Below, in pieces: positions 53,146 through 63,512 of a DNA stretch of 64,000 bases. The DNA lies in assembly GCA_050951325.1 (NCBI GenBank), contig JBMNIW010000001.1:192001-256000 (forward strand), given 5' to 3'. This stretch comes from Clostridia bacterium (lineage in GTDB: Bacteria; Bacillota; Clostridia; UBA1212; DUPL01). The notes below the pieces were generated by a model, which did not search any database, was not told the DNA's origin, and saw nothing but the letters and a program-made list of their open reading frames with translations. Made by a program: the position numbers and the translations under genes. The number at the start of each line of letters is the position of its first letter. Position 1 is the stretch's first letter.

Positions 53146-54522
53146 CTATTTTAATATCTTTTTAACCAGTTTTAAATTCTTGCGGTTTGGATATCTTAGT
53201 GGAACATCTATCACATTTGATTTTCTTAAAATGCTCTTGTAGTGGGTAAAGGTGTCAAAGCTTTTCCTGCCGTGATAGCTGCCCATGCCGCTTTCGCCAA
53301 CACCACCAAAAGGCATTTGCTTGGATACAAGATGCATGATGGTGTCGTTTATGCATCCGCCTCCAAAGGATATTGAGTTTAAAATCTTCTCTTCCCTATC
53401 CTTGCTTGTTGTAAAGAAGTACAAGGCAAGAGGTTTGGGTCTCAGTTTTATTCTCTCAATTACTTCATCCAAATTCTCAAACTCAATAATCGGAAGAACA
53501 GGCCCAAAGATTTCTTCCTGCATCACGGGACTGTCCCAGGATGCATTATCAATGAAACACGGATTTATCTTCAATCTCTTTTCGTCAAATTCTCCCCCGT
53601 AAATTACCTTCTCACTTTTTACAAGTCCGAGCAATCTGTTAAAGTGCTTTTCATTTATGATCTTCGTGTAGCCCTCATTCTCAACAGGGTTCGAACCATA
53701 AAAGTCTTCCACAACCCTTTTCATTTTTTCAACCAGTTCGTTTTTTACACTTGAATGAACCAACAGATAGTCAGGAGCAACGCAGGTCTGACCCACATTT
53801 ATGAGTTTGCCCCAGATAATTCTTTTTGCAGCCAAATCCAGATTTGCCGTTTCGTCAACTATGCAGGGACTCTTGCCGCCAAGCTCCAAGGTTACCGGTG
53901 TAAGATGTTTGGCTGCACTTTCCATAACCACTTTTCCAACGGAAACACTTCCTGTAAAGAATATATAGTCGAACTTGCTGTCAAGCAGTGCCTTGTTGGC
54001 TTCCCTTCCCCCTTCAATTACACAAATGTATTCCTTATCGAAGGTTTCCTCAATGAGGTGCTTGAGTACCTTTGATGTATTTGGAGAATAGGACGACGGC
54101 TTGACAACTGCACAATTCCCTGCCGCAATACTTCCCACAAGAGGAGCAATTGCCAGCTGGAAAGGATAGTTCCATGGTGATATGATCAAGGTTACACCAT
54201 AGGGTTCAGGATAGATAAAGCTTTTTGCTGGAAAAGAGGCAATATCCGTTCGGACTCTTTTCCTTTTTGCCCATTTGGGAAGCTTTCTTGCCGCATAACT
54301 TAGCTCATTCAAAACAAAACCTATTTCAGTAGTGTATGAGTCAAAGGCATCCTTGTTTAGATCCTTAAAAAGCGCATCCATTATCCTGTCTTCATAACCC
54401 AAAACAGCCCTTTTCAGCTTTTTAAGCATCTCAATCCGGAACTTTACATCCTTTGTCCTTCCACTATTGAAAAACTCCCTTTGTTTATTGACAATCTCAC
54501 TGATGGCGTCCATGTTCACCAC
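53146..54522 (-). CDS. Aldehyde dehydrogenase (ALDH3/YwdH-like)
   Basis: PWNYP, FTGS, LELGGKSP, GQTCVAPDY, EEIFGP, PFGGVGESG. Confidence 0.92.
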   Translation of the reverse strand: MVNMDAISEIVNKQREFFNSGRTKDVKFRIEMLKKLKRAVLGYEDRIMDALFKDLNKDAFDSYTTEIGFVLNELSYAARKLPKWAKRKRVRTDIASFPAKSFIYPEPYGVTLIISPWNYPFQLAIAPLVGSIAAGNCAVVKPSSYSPNTSKVLKHLIEETFDKEYICVIEGGREANKALLDSKFDYIFFTGSVSVGKVVMESAAKHLTPVTLELGGKSPCIVDETANLDLAAKRIIWGKLINVGQTCVAPDYLLVHSSVKNELVEKMKRVVEDFYGSNPVENEGYTKIINEKHFNRLLGLVKSEKVIYGGEFDEKRLKINPCFIDNASWDSPVMQEEIFGPVLPIIEFENLDEVIERIKLRPKPLALYFFTTSKDREEKILNSISFGGGCINDTIMHLVSKQMPFGGVGESGMGSYHGRKSFDTFTHYKSILRKSNVIDVPLRYPNRKNLKLVKKILK

Positions 54523-54525
54523 CCT

Positions 54526-54885
54526 TTACTTTCTTAATATCTTTTCCATCGCCTTTCCTTTGGCCAGTTCATCAACCAGCTTGTCCAAATAGCGTATTTC
54601 CCTCATCAAAGGCTCTTCAATTTCCTCCACCCTTACACCGCATACCATACCTTTTATGAGCATGCGGTTTGGGTTAAGTTCTGGTGCCTGGGAGAAAAAT
54701 TCCTCAAAAGTCGATTCCTTTTCAAGATGCTCCAAAAGTTCTTCCTGGGTGTATCCTGTAAGCCACAAGATAATCTCGTCAACTTCCTGTTTGGTACGCC
54801 CTTTCCTTTCAGCCTTGCTTACATAAAGAGGATAAACCTTGGCAAAACTCATGGAATATATTTTTTCATTACTGTTTCTTCCCAT
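54526..54885 (-). CDS. DUF2200 family protein
   Basis: [43 protein letters not shown]. Confidence 0.85.
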   Translation of the reverse strand: MGRNSNEKIYSMSFAKVYPLYVSKAERKGRTKQEVDEIILWLTGYTQEELLEHLEKESTFEEFFSQAPELNPNRMLIKGMVCGVRVEEIEEPLMREIRYLDKLVDELAKGKAMEKILRK

Positions 54886-54981
54886 AACAATCCTTCCTGG
54901 TGTTTTTCTTTATGCTACCATAATTTATTTCGAAATACAAAAAAACAACAAAAACGTGTAACACGGTTGTTTTCCAACCTT

Positions 54982-55842
54982 TTACCCTTCATTCTTCCCA
55001 GTCTTTATGTTGATAACCAGCATCCCCAACATTATAAACACGCCGCCGATGAGGGTTCTGACAGTCAGTATATCTCCTACAAATATGGAGAAAATGGCTA
55101 CAAAAAGTGGTTCTGACAGGAATATAATGGCTGCATGGGTAGGGTCTGTGTAGGGCTGCATCTTGTTCTGCACCATGTATGCAACCACAGTACTGAATAC
55201 CGCTATAAACAAAACTGAAAGAACCGTGGTTTTGTTTATGGGAACGTAAAACTTCTCCACTGCCATGGAAGGTATGAAAGACAAAAGACTTACCACCAGC
55301 ATTTGCATAAATGTGGTCTCAAGTATGTATTCACTTTTTGCATACTTGCCCACCAGCAAAATCTGAAAGGCATAAGCTACTGCACTGACAACCAAAAGAA
55401 CGTCACCAATATTGATTCCAGAAGATCCTTCAATCGACATTACAGCAAGACCAAACAAACTTATTCCCACTGCAAAAACAGTCTTTAAATCCGGCAGCTT
55501 TCTGTATATTACAGCAGTTATTACAGGAACAAATATTGAATACAAACCTGTAAGAAAACCGGCCTTGCTTGGGGTTGTATATAATAGGGCTATGGTTTGC
55601 AGAAGACTTCCCAGAAACATGGACAAACCTATAAGAGCTCCACCTTTTATACTTTCCTTCTCTGTTTTTCTCAATCTTTTAACCACAAAAGGAAGTAATA
55701 TAATTGTGGCAATGGAGTATCTTGTCAGCATGAAAGTATAAGGGCCAATATGTTGGAGAGCAAGGCTCATTACCGGCATGCCCGCTCCCCAAATCATACT
55801 AATAACCAACAAAGAAATATCCGCTTTTAGTTGTTTACTCAT
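54982..55842 (-). CDS. EamA/DMT transporter
   Basis: IWG, about 10 TM helices, GD, EP motifs. Confidence 0.85.
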   Translation of the reverse strand: MSKQLKADISLLVISMIWGAGMPVMSLALQHIGPYTFMLTRYSIATIILLPFVVKRLRKTEKESIKGGALIGLSMFLGSLLQTIALLYTTPSKAGFLTGLYSIFVPVITAVIYRKLPDLKTVFAVGISLFGLAVMSIEGSSGINIGDVLLVVSAVAYAFQILLVGKYAKSEYILETTFMQMLVVSLLSFIPSMAVEKFYVPINKTTVLSVLFIAVFSTVVAYMVQNKMQPYTDPTHAAIIFLSEPLFVAIFSIFVGDILTVRTLIGGVFIMLGMLVINIKTGKNEG

Positions 55843-55857
55843 TCAATCCTCTTTCTA

Positions 55858-57642
55858 TCAATCTATTTTGTAATTCACAGCCTGTGACTGGAACAACTTG
55901 TAGTACAAACTATCCGTCTTCTTGAGCAGATTCTCATGGGTGTCGTAATCCTGCACCTTTCCCTTCTCAATAATCAGCACTCGGTCGCAGAATACGCTGC
56001 TGGACATTCTGTGGGATATGTATATGGCAGTTTTCTTACCAATCAGTTTGTTGAAGTTTGCATATATATCTGCTTCAGCAATCGGATCAAGAGCTGATGT
56101 CGGCTCATCAAGAATCACCAGCGAAGCATCCTTGTACAAAGCTCTTGCTATTGCAATCTTCTGGGTCTGACCGCCTGACATCTCGATACCTTTTTCATCG
56201 TATGCCTTTCCAATTCTCGAACGGATGCCCTCTGGAAGACTCTGCACCTTTTCCGTCATGCCCACTTCTTCCAGAATAGCCATGGCTCTTTCGGTATCTT
56301 CTCCAACATCCTTGCAGGTAATGTTCTCCTCAATACTGAATGCAAACAGTTTGTAATCCTGAAAAACCGCAGCAATCTTCTTCATGTAGCTTGTGTAGTC
56401 ATACTCAAACACATCCCTGCCGTTTATTAATATCTTGCCTGACATAGGTCTGTACAGCCTGCAAACAAGCTTTACCAAGGTAGTCTTTCCAGCACCGTTC
56501 AATCCTACAATGGATATCTTCTCACCCTTTGATATCTTGAAGGATATGTCATCAAGGACAAGCATGTCGCTTCCAGGATACTTGAAGGATACATTTCTAA
56601 ACTCAATGGATTCAACCTCTCCTTCAGACTCCACATCTCCGCCCACATCCTTTTCATCAGGCAGAGACATGAATTCCATGAAAGGATCCAGAAATCTCAA
56701 TGTCTGACCCATCATGACGATGTTTTTGGAAAGCTCGGTTGTCTCCCTTGCAAAGTTTATGGCACTAGACACATACATGGAAAAGGAACCTATGCCTATT
56801 CTTGGTCCGAACCAGTCGGTTGCCACCCTTAAAGCAACGTATCCGTATGCAATTGCAGCCTGCAGGTCGTTTATGATTCCATTAACACCTGTGACTACTC
56901 CCTGTTTTTCGTAGTATCCTGAGAACCAGTCATTTATCTCCTTGTTGTACTCCGTCACCCTGTCTGAGAGCATCTTGTTCATGCTGTAGAGACGGATGTC
57001 CTTTTGCAGTCTGTTGTCATAGCACAAGTCAAGATAATAGCCGTACTTCCTGTTGACAGGTATTATCTGAGAAAAGAAATTTACCTGGTAGTTCACAAAA
57101 GCGAAGTATATAACAATGCCTATGACAACAGTGACAAGAAGCATAAGTACAAGAATACGGCTCAGAAATAACATTATAGCAAAAAGGCCTGCAATTGTGA
57201 ACACGTTCTTGAATATGAATGCAATGCTTTTAACCAGCCCCAGCATAGCCTGCTGGTTTGTGGTGGCAAACACAGCCCTTTCTTTCAAATCAAGATAATA
57301 TGGGTTTTCAAGGTACGAAAACTCCACATTCATAATTTTTTCACCCATTGCATAATTCATCTTTTCCGACATGTACCTGTTTTTTACCTCCATGGTCCTT
57401 TTCATAAGGTTGTTCAAGAATGCAAAGAAAATATTTGCAAGTACAATTGCGCACACAAAGAAAACAATTATGCCAACTTCTCTTTCTCCCAACAACTCGT
57501 CAATCAAAAACTTTGGGAGTACAACATTTGCAATAATCTGTCCTCCTCCAGCAATAGTGTTGACTATGAGAAGGAGAATGTATGAGGGGGATATCTTCCA
57601 TGACAGTGAGAAAAACATCCTTATCTTCTTCAAATTATTCAT
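55858..57642 (-). CDS. ABC exporter, fused permease and ATPase
   Basis: TM domain, GLNGAGKTT, SGGQ, LDEPT, SHR. Confidence 0.9.
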   Translation of the reverse strand: MNNLKKIRMFFSLSWKISPSYILLLIVNTIAGGGQIIANVVLPKFLIDELLGEREVGIIVFFVCAIVLANIFFAFLNNLMKRTMEVKNRYMSEKMNYAMGEKIMNVEFSYLENPYYLDLKERAVFATTNQQAMLGLVKSIAFIFKNVFTIAGLFAIMLFLSRILVLMLLVTVVIGIVIYFAFVNYQVNFFSQIIPVNRKYGYYLDLCYDNRLQKDIRLYSMNKMLSDRVTEYNKEINDWFSGYYEKQGVVTGVNGIINDLQAAIAYGYVALRVATDWFGPRIGIGSFSMYVSSAINFARETTELSKNIVMMGQTLRFLDPFMEFMSLPDEKDVGGDVESEGEVESIEFRNVSFKYPGSDMLVLDDISFKISKGEKISIVGLNGAGKTTLVKLVCRLYRPMSGKILINGRDVFEYDYTSYMKKIAAVFQDYKLFAFSIEENITCKDVGEDTERAMAILEEVGMTEKVQSLPEGIRSRIGKAYDEKGIEMSGGQTQKIAIARALYKDASLVILDEPTSALDPIAEADIYANFNKLIGKKTAIYISHRMSSSVFCDRVLIIEKGKVQDYDTHENLLKKTDSLYYKLFQSQAVNYKID

Positions 57643-58157
57643 TGTTTTTGCCTCCCTCATTGTAGTATTTGCCTTGAATTACAAACATCTCGTAATAGCT
57701 TCCCCGTTTGGCCATAAGCTCGTCATGGCTTCCGTATTCTTTAATACCGTCATTATCCAGCAGAACTATCTTGTCGCAGAACTTTGTGCTTGCAAGCCTG
57801 TGCGATACAAAAATTGAAGTCTTGTTCTTTACCAGTTCGTTAAAATTCTCATATATCTCAGCTTCCGCAAGAGCATCCAGAGAAGCAGTAGGCTCATCAA
57901 GAATTACCATATTGCCATCCTTGTACAAAGCCCTTGCAATGGCAAGCTTCTGATTTTCACCACCCGAGAACTCAATACCCTTCTCATCTATAATTTTCAG
58001 CATCATTTGGTCAAGGCCTTTTGGCAAATTTCCAACCTTGTTTCCAAGACCCACCTTGTCCAAAGACTGAACAACTTTTTCCTTGTCAATGTTTTCCGAC
58101 CTGCAGGCAACATTCTCGGCAATGGTGAATGCTAATACATTAATATCCTGGAACACT
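57635..58157 (-). pseudogene. C-terminal remnant of the partner ABC exporter, cut by the integrative element
   Basis: Begins at the Q-loop (VVFQD), has FSGGE and LDEPT, lacks Walker A and the TM domain. Confidence 0.85.
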
Positions 58158-58217
58158 ACTGGAAATCGTGTATACGTTTATAGCGTATCGAGGGTTCGAA
58201 TCCCTCTCTCTCCGCCA
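58158..58217 (+). other. att site: 3' part of tRNA-Ser(GGA), not an intact tRNA
   Basis: ACTGGAAATCGTG-long variable arm-GAGGGTTCGAATCCCTC-TCTCTCCGCCA; no acceptor 5' strand or D-arm upstream. Confidence 0.88.
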
Positions 58218-58223
58218 AATGAC

Positions 58224-58254
58224 AAGGGTTTGCAAGAATTTGCAAACCCTTTTT
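58224..58254 (+). terminator. Element-borne terminator after the tRNA fragment
   Basis: AAGGGTTTGCAA-GAAT-TTGCAAACCCTT-TTT. Confidence 0.8.
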
Positions 58255-58269
58255 ACATGCTTATTTTTC

Positions 58270-58305
58270 TGCTAAAAAGTCTATTTGCTAAAAATTTGCT
58301 AAAAA
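58270..58305. repeat. 3 x TGCTAAAAA direct repeats, likely integrase arm sites
   Basis: Copies at 58270, 58286 and 58297 between the att core and the int stop. Confidence 0.6.
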
Positions 58306-58385
58306 ATGATTTAAGACAGAACAGAATAGAAAAGGATAAACTGAAAAGTTTTGTTGCCAATCTCAACCCAAAATTTCTTTATCAT

Positions 58386-59576
58386 TTATTCAAATAGGTT
58401 TGTCTGTACAGCATCAGAGGCCTGTTCCTTTCTTTCCAATGCATCTTGATATATGTCAGCGGTAATAGTTACAGAACTATGCCCTAGCATCGCAGAGGTC
58501 ACTTTTAAATCTACATTTGACTCTAGCATTAATGTGGCATAACTGTGGCGTAAATCATGAAACCTAATTATAGGAAAATTGTTTTTCTCCAATAATTTTC
58601 TGAACTTCTTGCTAAAATTCTTCGGGTTTAATGGGGTTCCATCATTATGGCAGCAGACAAGGTCATTATCGATATAGTCCGACCCTATCATTTTTTTAAT
58701 TTTCTCTTGTTTCTCTTTATGTTCAAGCAATAATTCCACTAAACCCTTGGGCATAGGGAGTGTCCTTATACTGTTTTCTGTTTTCAAGGTAGTTAACTCA
58801 ACAATCTTTTTCTGCTCGTTATAACTTGCCTGCTGTCTTATCTCTACTTTTCCAGTATTAAAATTAATATTCTTCCACTGAAGTCCCAAAACCTCGCCAC
58901 GCCTTAACCCTAAAGAAACCCCTAAAGTTACAGGTATATACAAATCTGTTCCATTTGCGGCTTCTAATAGTATTTTCAGCATATTAGCATCATAAATATT
59001 GTTTTGGTATTTCCTCACAGTAGGCCTTGATACGCCTTCTGCCGGATTTCTTATTAGAATACCATCTCTGACAGCATCTTTTAGCGCTTTATTCAATACT
59101 CGATGAATATATTGAATAGACCTTGCTGATAATTTTTTAGATTTATTTTCATCATTATTGCTGCCACCCCCATCATATAGGTCGAAGTAAAACTTTTGGA
59201 TTTGTCCTCTAGAAAGTTGTTGGATAGGTACGTGACCTATGTTAGGAATTATATGATTTTCAATATTGACCCTGTAACCCCTTAGTGTATTACTGCTTAG
59301 CCTTGGCCTGCAATGTGTGCCGTACCATTTAGTAAGGTATTCCGCCAAGGTCATCTTTGTCGGTTCTATATAGGTATTGGAGTTAATTTTAGCGTTTATT
59401 TCGTATAATGCTTCCTGGGCTTCTTTCTTGGTTTTGAAGCCCCCCTTCCATCGTTGCTTCTTTTTCCCCGTCTTTGGGTCTATTGGGTAATATAATATTG
59501 TCCATGTATTTCCACGCTTAAATGGATTCCCCCGTTTGCCATACCTTCGAGTTTTACCGTTAGTCTCATTTTTCAA
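58386..59576 (-). CDS. int: Tyrosine integrase (ICEBs1/phage type)
   Basis: GFKTKKEA arm-binding domain; GLRRGE, LKT, FHDLRH, LGH, IY catalytic residues. Confidence 0.95.
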   Translation of the reverse strand: MKNETNGKTRRYGKRGNPFKRGNTWTILYYPIDPKTGKKKQRWKGGFKTKKEAQEALYEINAKINSNTYIEPTKMTLAEYLTKWYGTHCRPRLSSNTLRGYRVNIENHIIPNIGHVPIQQLSRGQIQKFYFDLYDGGGSNNDENKSKKLSARSIQYIHRVLNKALKDAVRDGILIRNPAEGVSRPTVRKYQNNIYDANMLKILLEAANGTDLYIPVTLGVSLGLRRGEVLGLQWKNINFNTGKVEIRQQASYNEQKKIVELTTLKTENSIRTLPMPKGLVELLLEHKEKQEKIKKMIGSDYIDNDLVCCHNDGTPLNPKNFSKKFRKLLEKNNFPIIRFHDLRHSYATLMLESNVDLKVTSAMLGHSSVTITADIYQDALERKEQASDAVQTNLFE

Positions 59577-59644
59577 TTTTAATTCCTCCTTTACAAGATG
59601 TTCTAAGACTGCGCCTCTGTTAAAGAAGCGCAGCCACTTGCTTT

Positions 59645-59851
59645 TTATGAGACTCTCTCCTCATGTGAGGAGTTAAGCCACTCAAAAAATGGTTGTGTCG
59701 GTATCCTAATAGCATTCTTTATTCTTATATGAGGGAATAGGTTCTGGTGTACAACCTCATAGGCCTTACTTCGACCAATCCTTAGAATCTCTGCCACCTC
59801 AGGAACAGTTAAAGTAGCCTGCTTTTTATAATCTTCAATGCTCCTAGTCAT
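59645..59851 (-). CDS. xis: Excisionase (HTH_17)
   Basis: LTVPEVAEILRIGRSKAYE ... IRIP; directly upstream of int. Confidence 0.85.
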   Translation of the reverse strand: MTRSIEDYKKQATLTVPEVAEILRIGRSKAYEVVHQNLFPHIRIKNAIRIPTQPFFEWLNSSHEERVS

Positions 59852-60077
59852 TTCGATTCCTCCTTTGTGTTTTAATGATATTAATGCCTGTTTCTATATG
59901 ACTCTTTATATAAAAAGTTCTGATTGGGATTCAACTTTTTATGGTAAGTTTTGTCCCTACATTTGTAGCATAACACAAAAAAATTGTACGGTTTTTATCC
60001 CCCTATTCTTCTGAATCTCTTCTGGTACAATATGGGGAAGACATGAAATGTTTACATAATCCAATATTGCTAGTAAT

Positions 60078-60120
60078 AAAAAAAGGCTTTAGTAGATTCA
60101 TAGTCTACTAAAACCTTTTT
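60078..60120 (-). terminator. Terminator after the PIN-like gene
   Basis: AAAAAGG.TTTAGTAGA ... TCTACTAAA.CCTTTTT hairpin. Confidence 0.7.
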
Positions 60121-60149
60121 GATGGCGCTATAGAGTTTACCCTAATCTG

Positions 60150-61019
60150 TCAGAAAATTAAATGTAACGTGTCATCCTCTAACATATCCAAAAATGCTAT
60201 ATTATCTATCACTCTTTCTTGCTCTTCAATTGAATTATCCTGTTTCTTCCTAGTGAATTTAATCCTTCTCGCCTGCCTATAACTATTTACAAATGAATCA
60301 ATATTATCACGCTTTATATATCCAAGCCTTGTCCATTCATAAATTAAAAAGTCGTTTGACTTAAAAGTTATGGACGTATATCTTTTATCTCTAAAATAAT
60401 CTTCTTTATAAATCTTTTCCTTTGCTTTAGAGATAAAGTCATAAGCATCTCTATCACTGCTGAAGATAGTAATAGTATCAATCTTTTCACTGTAAAAATA
60501 GGAAAATATATAACTTAGAACACAAATTGAAATCTCGCCTGCATTTTTTCTCTGAATTCTACCGTTTGCAAGTTCCCTTTTATCCAGTCCCTCATTATAA
60601 ATTATATCTAACCATTCCTCATAAGGAGCCAAATCTTCTACTGGTCTCCCTTGCAGAATGTTTCTCTTTATAAATCCAACAAGCCTACTCACATTGTTGC
60701 AACTATACAGAAATATATAATACAATGCTGCTTCTTTATAATCCACTAATGCTGCGTAATCAACCTCATCTATAATTTGGACCTTTGAAAAATGCTTTAA
60801 ATTATAGATATAATTTTTCCTCTTTTCACTATCACAAACCTCTACCCACACCCATTTAGGTATAAAAATTATATCATACTGACAAAATATCTTTTCAGGG
60901 CCAATCCTATCATACATCCGGGTTAAAAACTCAATTGAATTATTATCTAAAATACAAACTTTGAGGGACTTGCCCTTAGAAAGATATTCTTTTAAGCAGT
61001 CAATATCTTTCCCTTTCAT
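60150..61019 (-). CDS. PIN-like domain protein with extensions
   Basis: ILDNNSI, IPKWVWVEV, NAGEISI, IFSSDRDA acidic motifs in PIN order. Confidence 0.55.
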   Translation of the reverse strand: MKGKDIDCLKEYLSKGKSLKVCILDNNSIEFLTRMYDRIGPEKIFCQYDIIFIPKWVWVEVCDSEKRKNYIYNLKHFSKVQIIDEVDYAALVDYKEAALYYIFLYSCNNVSRLVGFIKRNILQGRPVEDLAPYEEWLDIIYNEGLDKRELANGRIQRKNAGEISICVLSYIFSYFYSEKIDTITIFSSDRDAYDFISKAKEKIYKEDYFRDKRYTSITFKSNDFLIYEWTRLGYIKRDNIDSFVNSYRQARRIKFTRKKQDNSIEEQERVIDNIAFLDMLEDDTLHLIF

Positions 61020-61810
61020 TTAGAGAGTCCCTCCAGCCCTTCTTGAATTTTACTCTTTATTTCTAACAAATAACTATAATTATCTTTATGATATGAGACA
61101 TCTGGATTCTCTTCCATAACCTTTTTCATTTTTTTCTCCAAGCCACCTAAATTTACTACATATGAGGGTTTTACTAACTCGGAATCTAGCCCTAAATCTA
61201 TAAATTTCTGCACTAAATTTATAGATTTGTTATCAAAATGCTCCACAATCTCTTTCTTTAATTCTAAATCATTATATTTAGTAGTGGCTTCTTCAAATAG
61301 TTCTATCAGCACCGCCTTATATGGTGCCTTATATGCGTCCATACATTTTATAACCCTATCAATGAAATCTTCATCATCTAACGAGTAGTAATATTCATAT
61401 ACATTGCCAAAAATCATTTTTGCAGCAAAATAATCTGCCTTTCTTTCATTCAAATCCATATCAACTGCAATATTGTGTGTTTCTTCGCTCAAATTAAGGT
61501 CATAAAACAGGTGATAAATTTCATGCCATGCTACAAAATACTGATATACACGGGGCTGGGCTGTGTTTATCACTGGTATTTTGATGTTTTCCTTTGTAAT
61601 TATAGCCCCACCCCAATATTTATCATCAATAGGAATTTGAATTAAATGATGCTCTTTTAACACGGAAAAAGACAGTTTGTCTTGCCCTGCCATCCCCACC
61701 CTATTAAATCTAACTGTAAAATCATTTGTTAATCTTAATATATCATCTTTAATCAATTTATTTTTTTCAATAACCTGCTCCAGGTTCTTGCTAGTTATTA
61801 GTTCTGACAT
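61016..61810 (-). CDS. ImmA/IrrE (COG2856) zinc metallopeptidase
   Basis: VINTAQPRVYQYFVAWHEIYH (HExxH), NERKADYFAA; ATGA overlap with the PIN-like gene. Confidence 0.8.
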   Translation of the reverse strand: MSELITSKNLEQVIEKNKLIKDDILRLTNDFTVRFNRVGMAGQDKLSFSVLKEHHLIQIPIDDKYWGGAIITKENIKIPVINTAQPRVYQYFVAWHEIYHLFYDLNLSEETHNIAVDMDLNERKADYFAAKMIFGNVYEYYYSLDDEDFIDRVIKCMDAYKAPYKAVLIELFEEATTKYNDLELKKEIVEHFDNKSINLVQKFIDLGLDSELVKPSYVVNLGGLEKKMKKVMEENPDVSYHKDNYSYLLEIKSKIQEGLEGLSK

Positions 61811-61822
61811 AATTTCACCTTC

Positions 61823-62197
61823 TTAACCATAGTATAGTTCATACATGTGAACTATATCTTCTAAAATACCGAACATCTCCTGAGCATTAGAGGTTAAGGT
61901 ATGGTCATCTGGAGCATTATCAGATAGGGCAAAAACAAAATCCCTTTTTTCCTTGTGTCTTGGAGTATAATGCAAAAGTTGTTCAGCATCCATATCCTGG
62001 CTTTTTAGTATTTTACTAATATGGGTTCTAAATGTTGAGAGATTGTCAACTTCTCCCTTAATTAGTTTATCTAAAGTAGGCCTTGAAATAGTTGTGAGCC
62101 TTGAGAAGGATGACTTGGTATATCCGTTATCCTTTATGATGTTTAATATATTTTCACCAATTAATTTTCTGTTTTCAAACAATAATTCTATAATCAT
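61823..62197 (-). CDS. XRE-family HTH protein
   Basis: IGENILNIIKDNGYTKSSFSRLTTISRPTLDKLIKG; RBS GGAGGTG. Confidence 0.75.
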   Translation of the reverse strand: MIIELLFENRKLIGENILNIIKDNGYTKSSFSRLTTISRPTLDKLIKGEVDNLSTFRTHISKILKSQDMDAEQLLHYTPRHKEKRDFVFALSDNAPDDHTLTSNAQEMFGILEDIVHMYELYYG

Positions 62198-62722
62198 TTT
62201 TTACACCTCCCACCTTATTATATCCTAAATGTCAATAAAAAGATACCGTTTGTAAAGTATTTTTTTACATTCTTTCGTTTTTATCCTTTCCGCTGTAAAA
62301 CTCTTAATCTAAGGTGGCATAGTTAAATCTATTTTCTGCTGCTGTTTAGCATTTTATTAATGAAGAGTGTTATCTTTCGTATTATAATTTCTTATATAAT
62401 CCCAATATGCCTTTACTTCAGCCTGTTCTAACATATTAAAGATGCTTTCAATATCATCGTAAAATTTTTTATATGTCTTCAAAATATGGGGAGCCATTTT
62501 AACTTTTAAGTGTGGAAGGGAGTAATTGCAATATACCAAATCTCTCAAAACCAGAAATTAGGTGCGAACTAATAGAAATAAATTTGATTTTATTAGTATA
62601 TAAAAAGAATTTATATTCTCTTAACTCAACCATTAATCAACCTAAAATACTGTGTATCTTTACTAAATACTTTATCAGTATTAAAAACATATAATTAACT
62701 GTAAAATCCTTCCCCAAAATAA

Positions 62723-63512
62723 CTAAAACTTATCAATATCTTCTACTCTATAATATTTCTTTGTAGTTTCTCTAATATTATTCTTAGCCATTTCTTTTGT
62801 TTGTTCTAACTCTTCAGTAGACAATTGCCCTTTTGACATTAGTAATTTAAACAATTCTTCATTTAAATTATAAACATATGCCAAAATATTCATGATGTTG
62901 CTAAATTCAGGCTCAAAAAACTTCGATATAGATGACTCTTTATTGTCATAAACATCCTCAACTAGTACAATGTCTTTTTTAATATATCCATCATTTTCAG
63001 ACCAAATGACTTTCCCAAATCTCATTTTTTTAACTTCATCACTGATACCTTTTCTTATTACATCAAGGTAGATGTTCTCCTTCGTGGCCATATCAAGTTT
63101 TTCAGCATCTTCTTTTGACAATTTTATCTTTGAATTTATTATAATAGCATCATCATAACTTTCATTAAATTCGTAAGGTACTACTTCAAATCCTGCAATA
63201 ACTAAACTATCTATTGCTAATTCCTCAACTTCTTCTAAGCGCAAAGTATAAGTATAAACTGTATCTTCATCAGTATTATTCCCTGTATAACTAAAGAAAT
63301 GATTCACCAATCTATACTCTCTAATAGTTATACCATTGTTATCAATATTAAAAATTCCCCCGTTTTTAGCCTTGCTCAATGCGTTTTCAAGAGTATTCTT
63401 TTGGGTTTCACCTATAACTTGTAATCTAAAGGATAATATCTCAAGTTGTTTTCCTGTATGTGGTGATACTTTTGGCTCACCATAATCCACATTTGATACA
63501 TTAATTATATGG
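62723..63512 (-). pseudogene. Hypothetical cargo gene separated from its 5' end by IS21
   Basis: ORF 62723..63613 reads its first ~34 codons from the IS21 left end. Confidence 0.6.

Noticed and set aside
58130-58217. Intact tRNA-Ser gene
   Set aside because: The 5' acceptor strand and D-arm are missing; upstream sequence is ABC coding DNA.
62357-62548. 63-aa ORF as a fourth gene of the XRE-ImmA-PIN module
   Set aside because: Weak start, no motif and separated by about 160 bp; may be a gene remnant.
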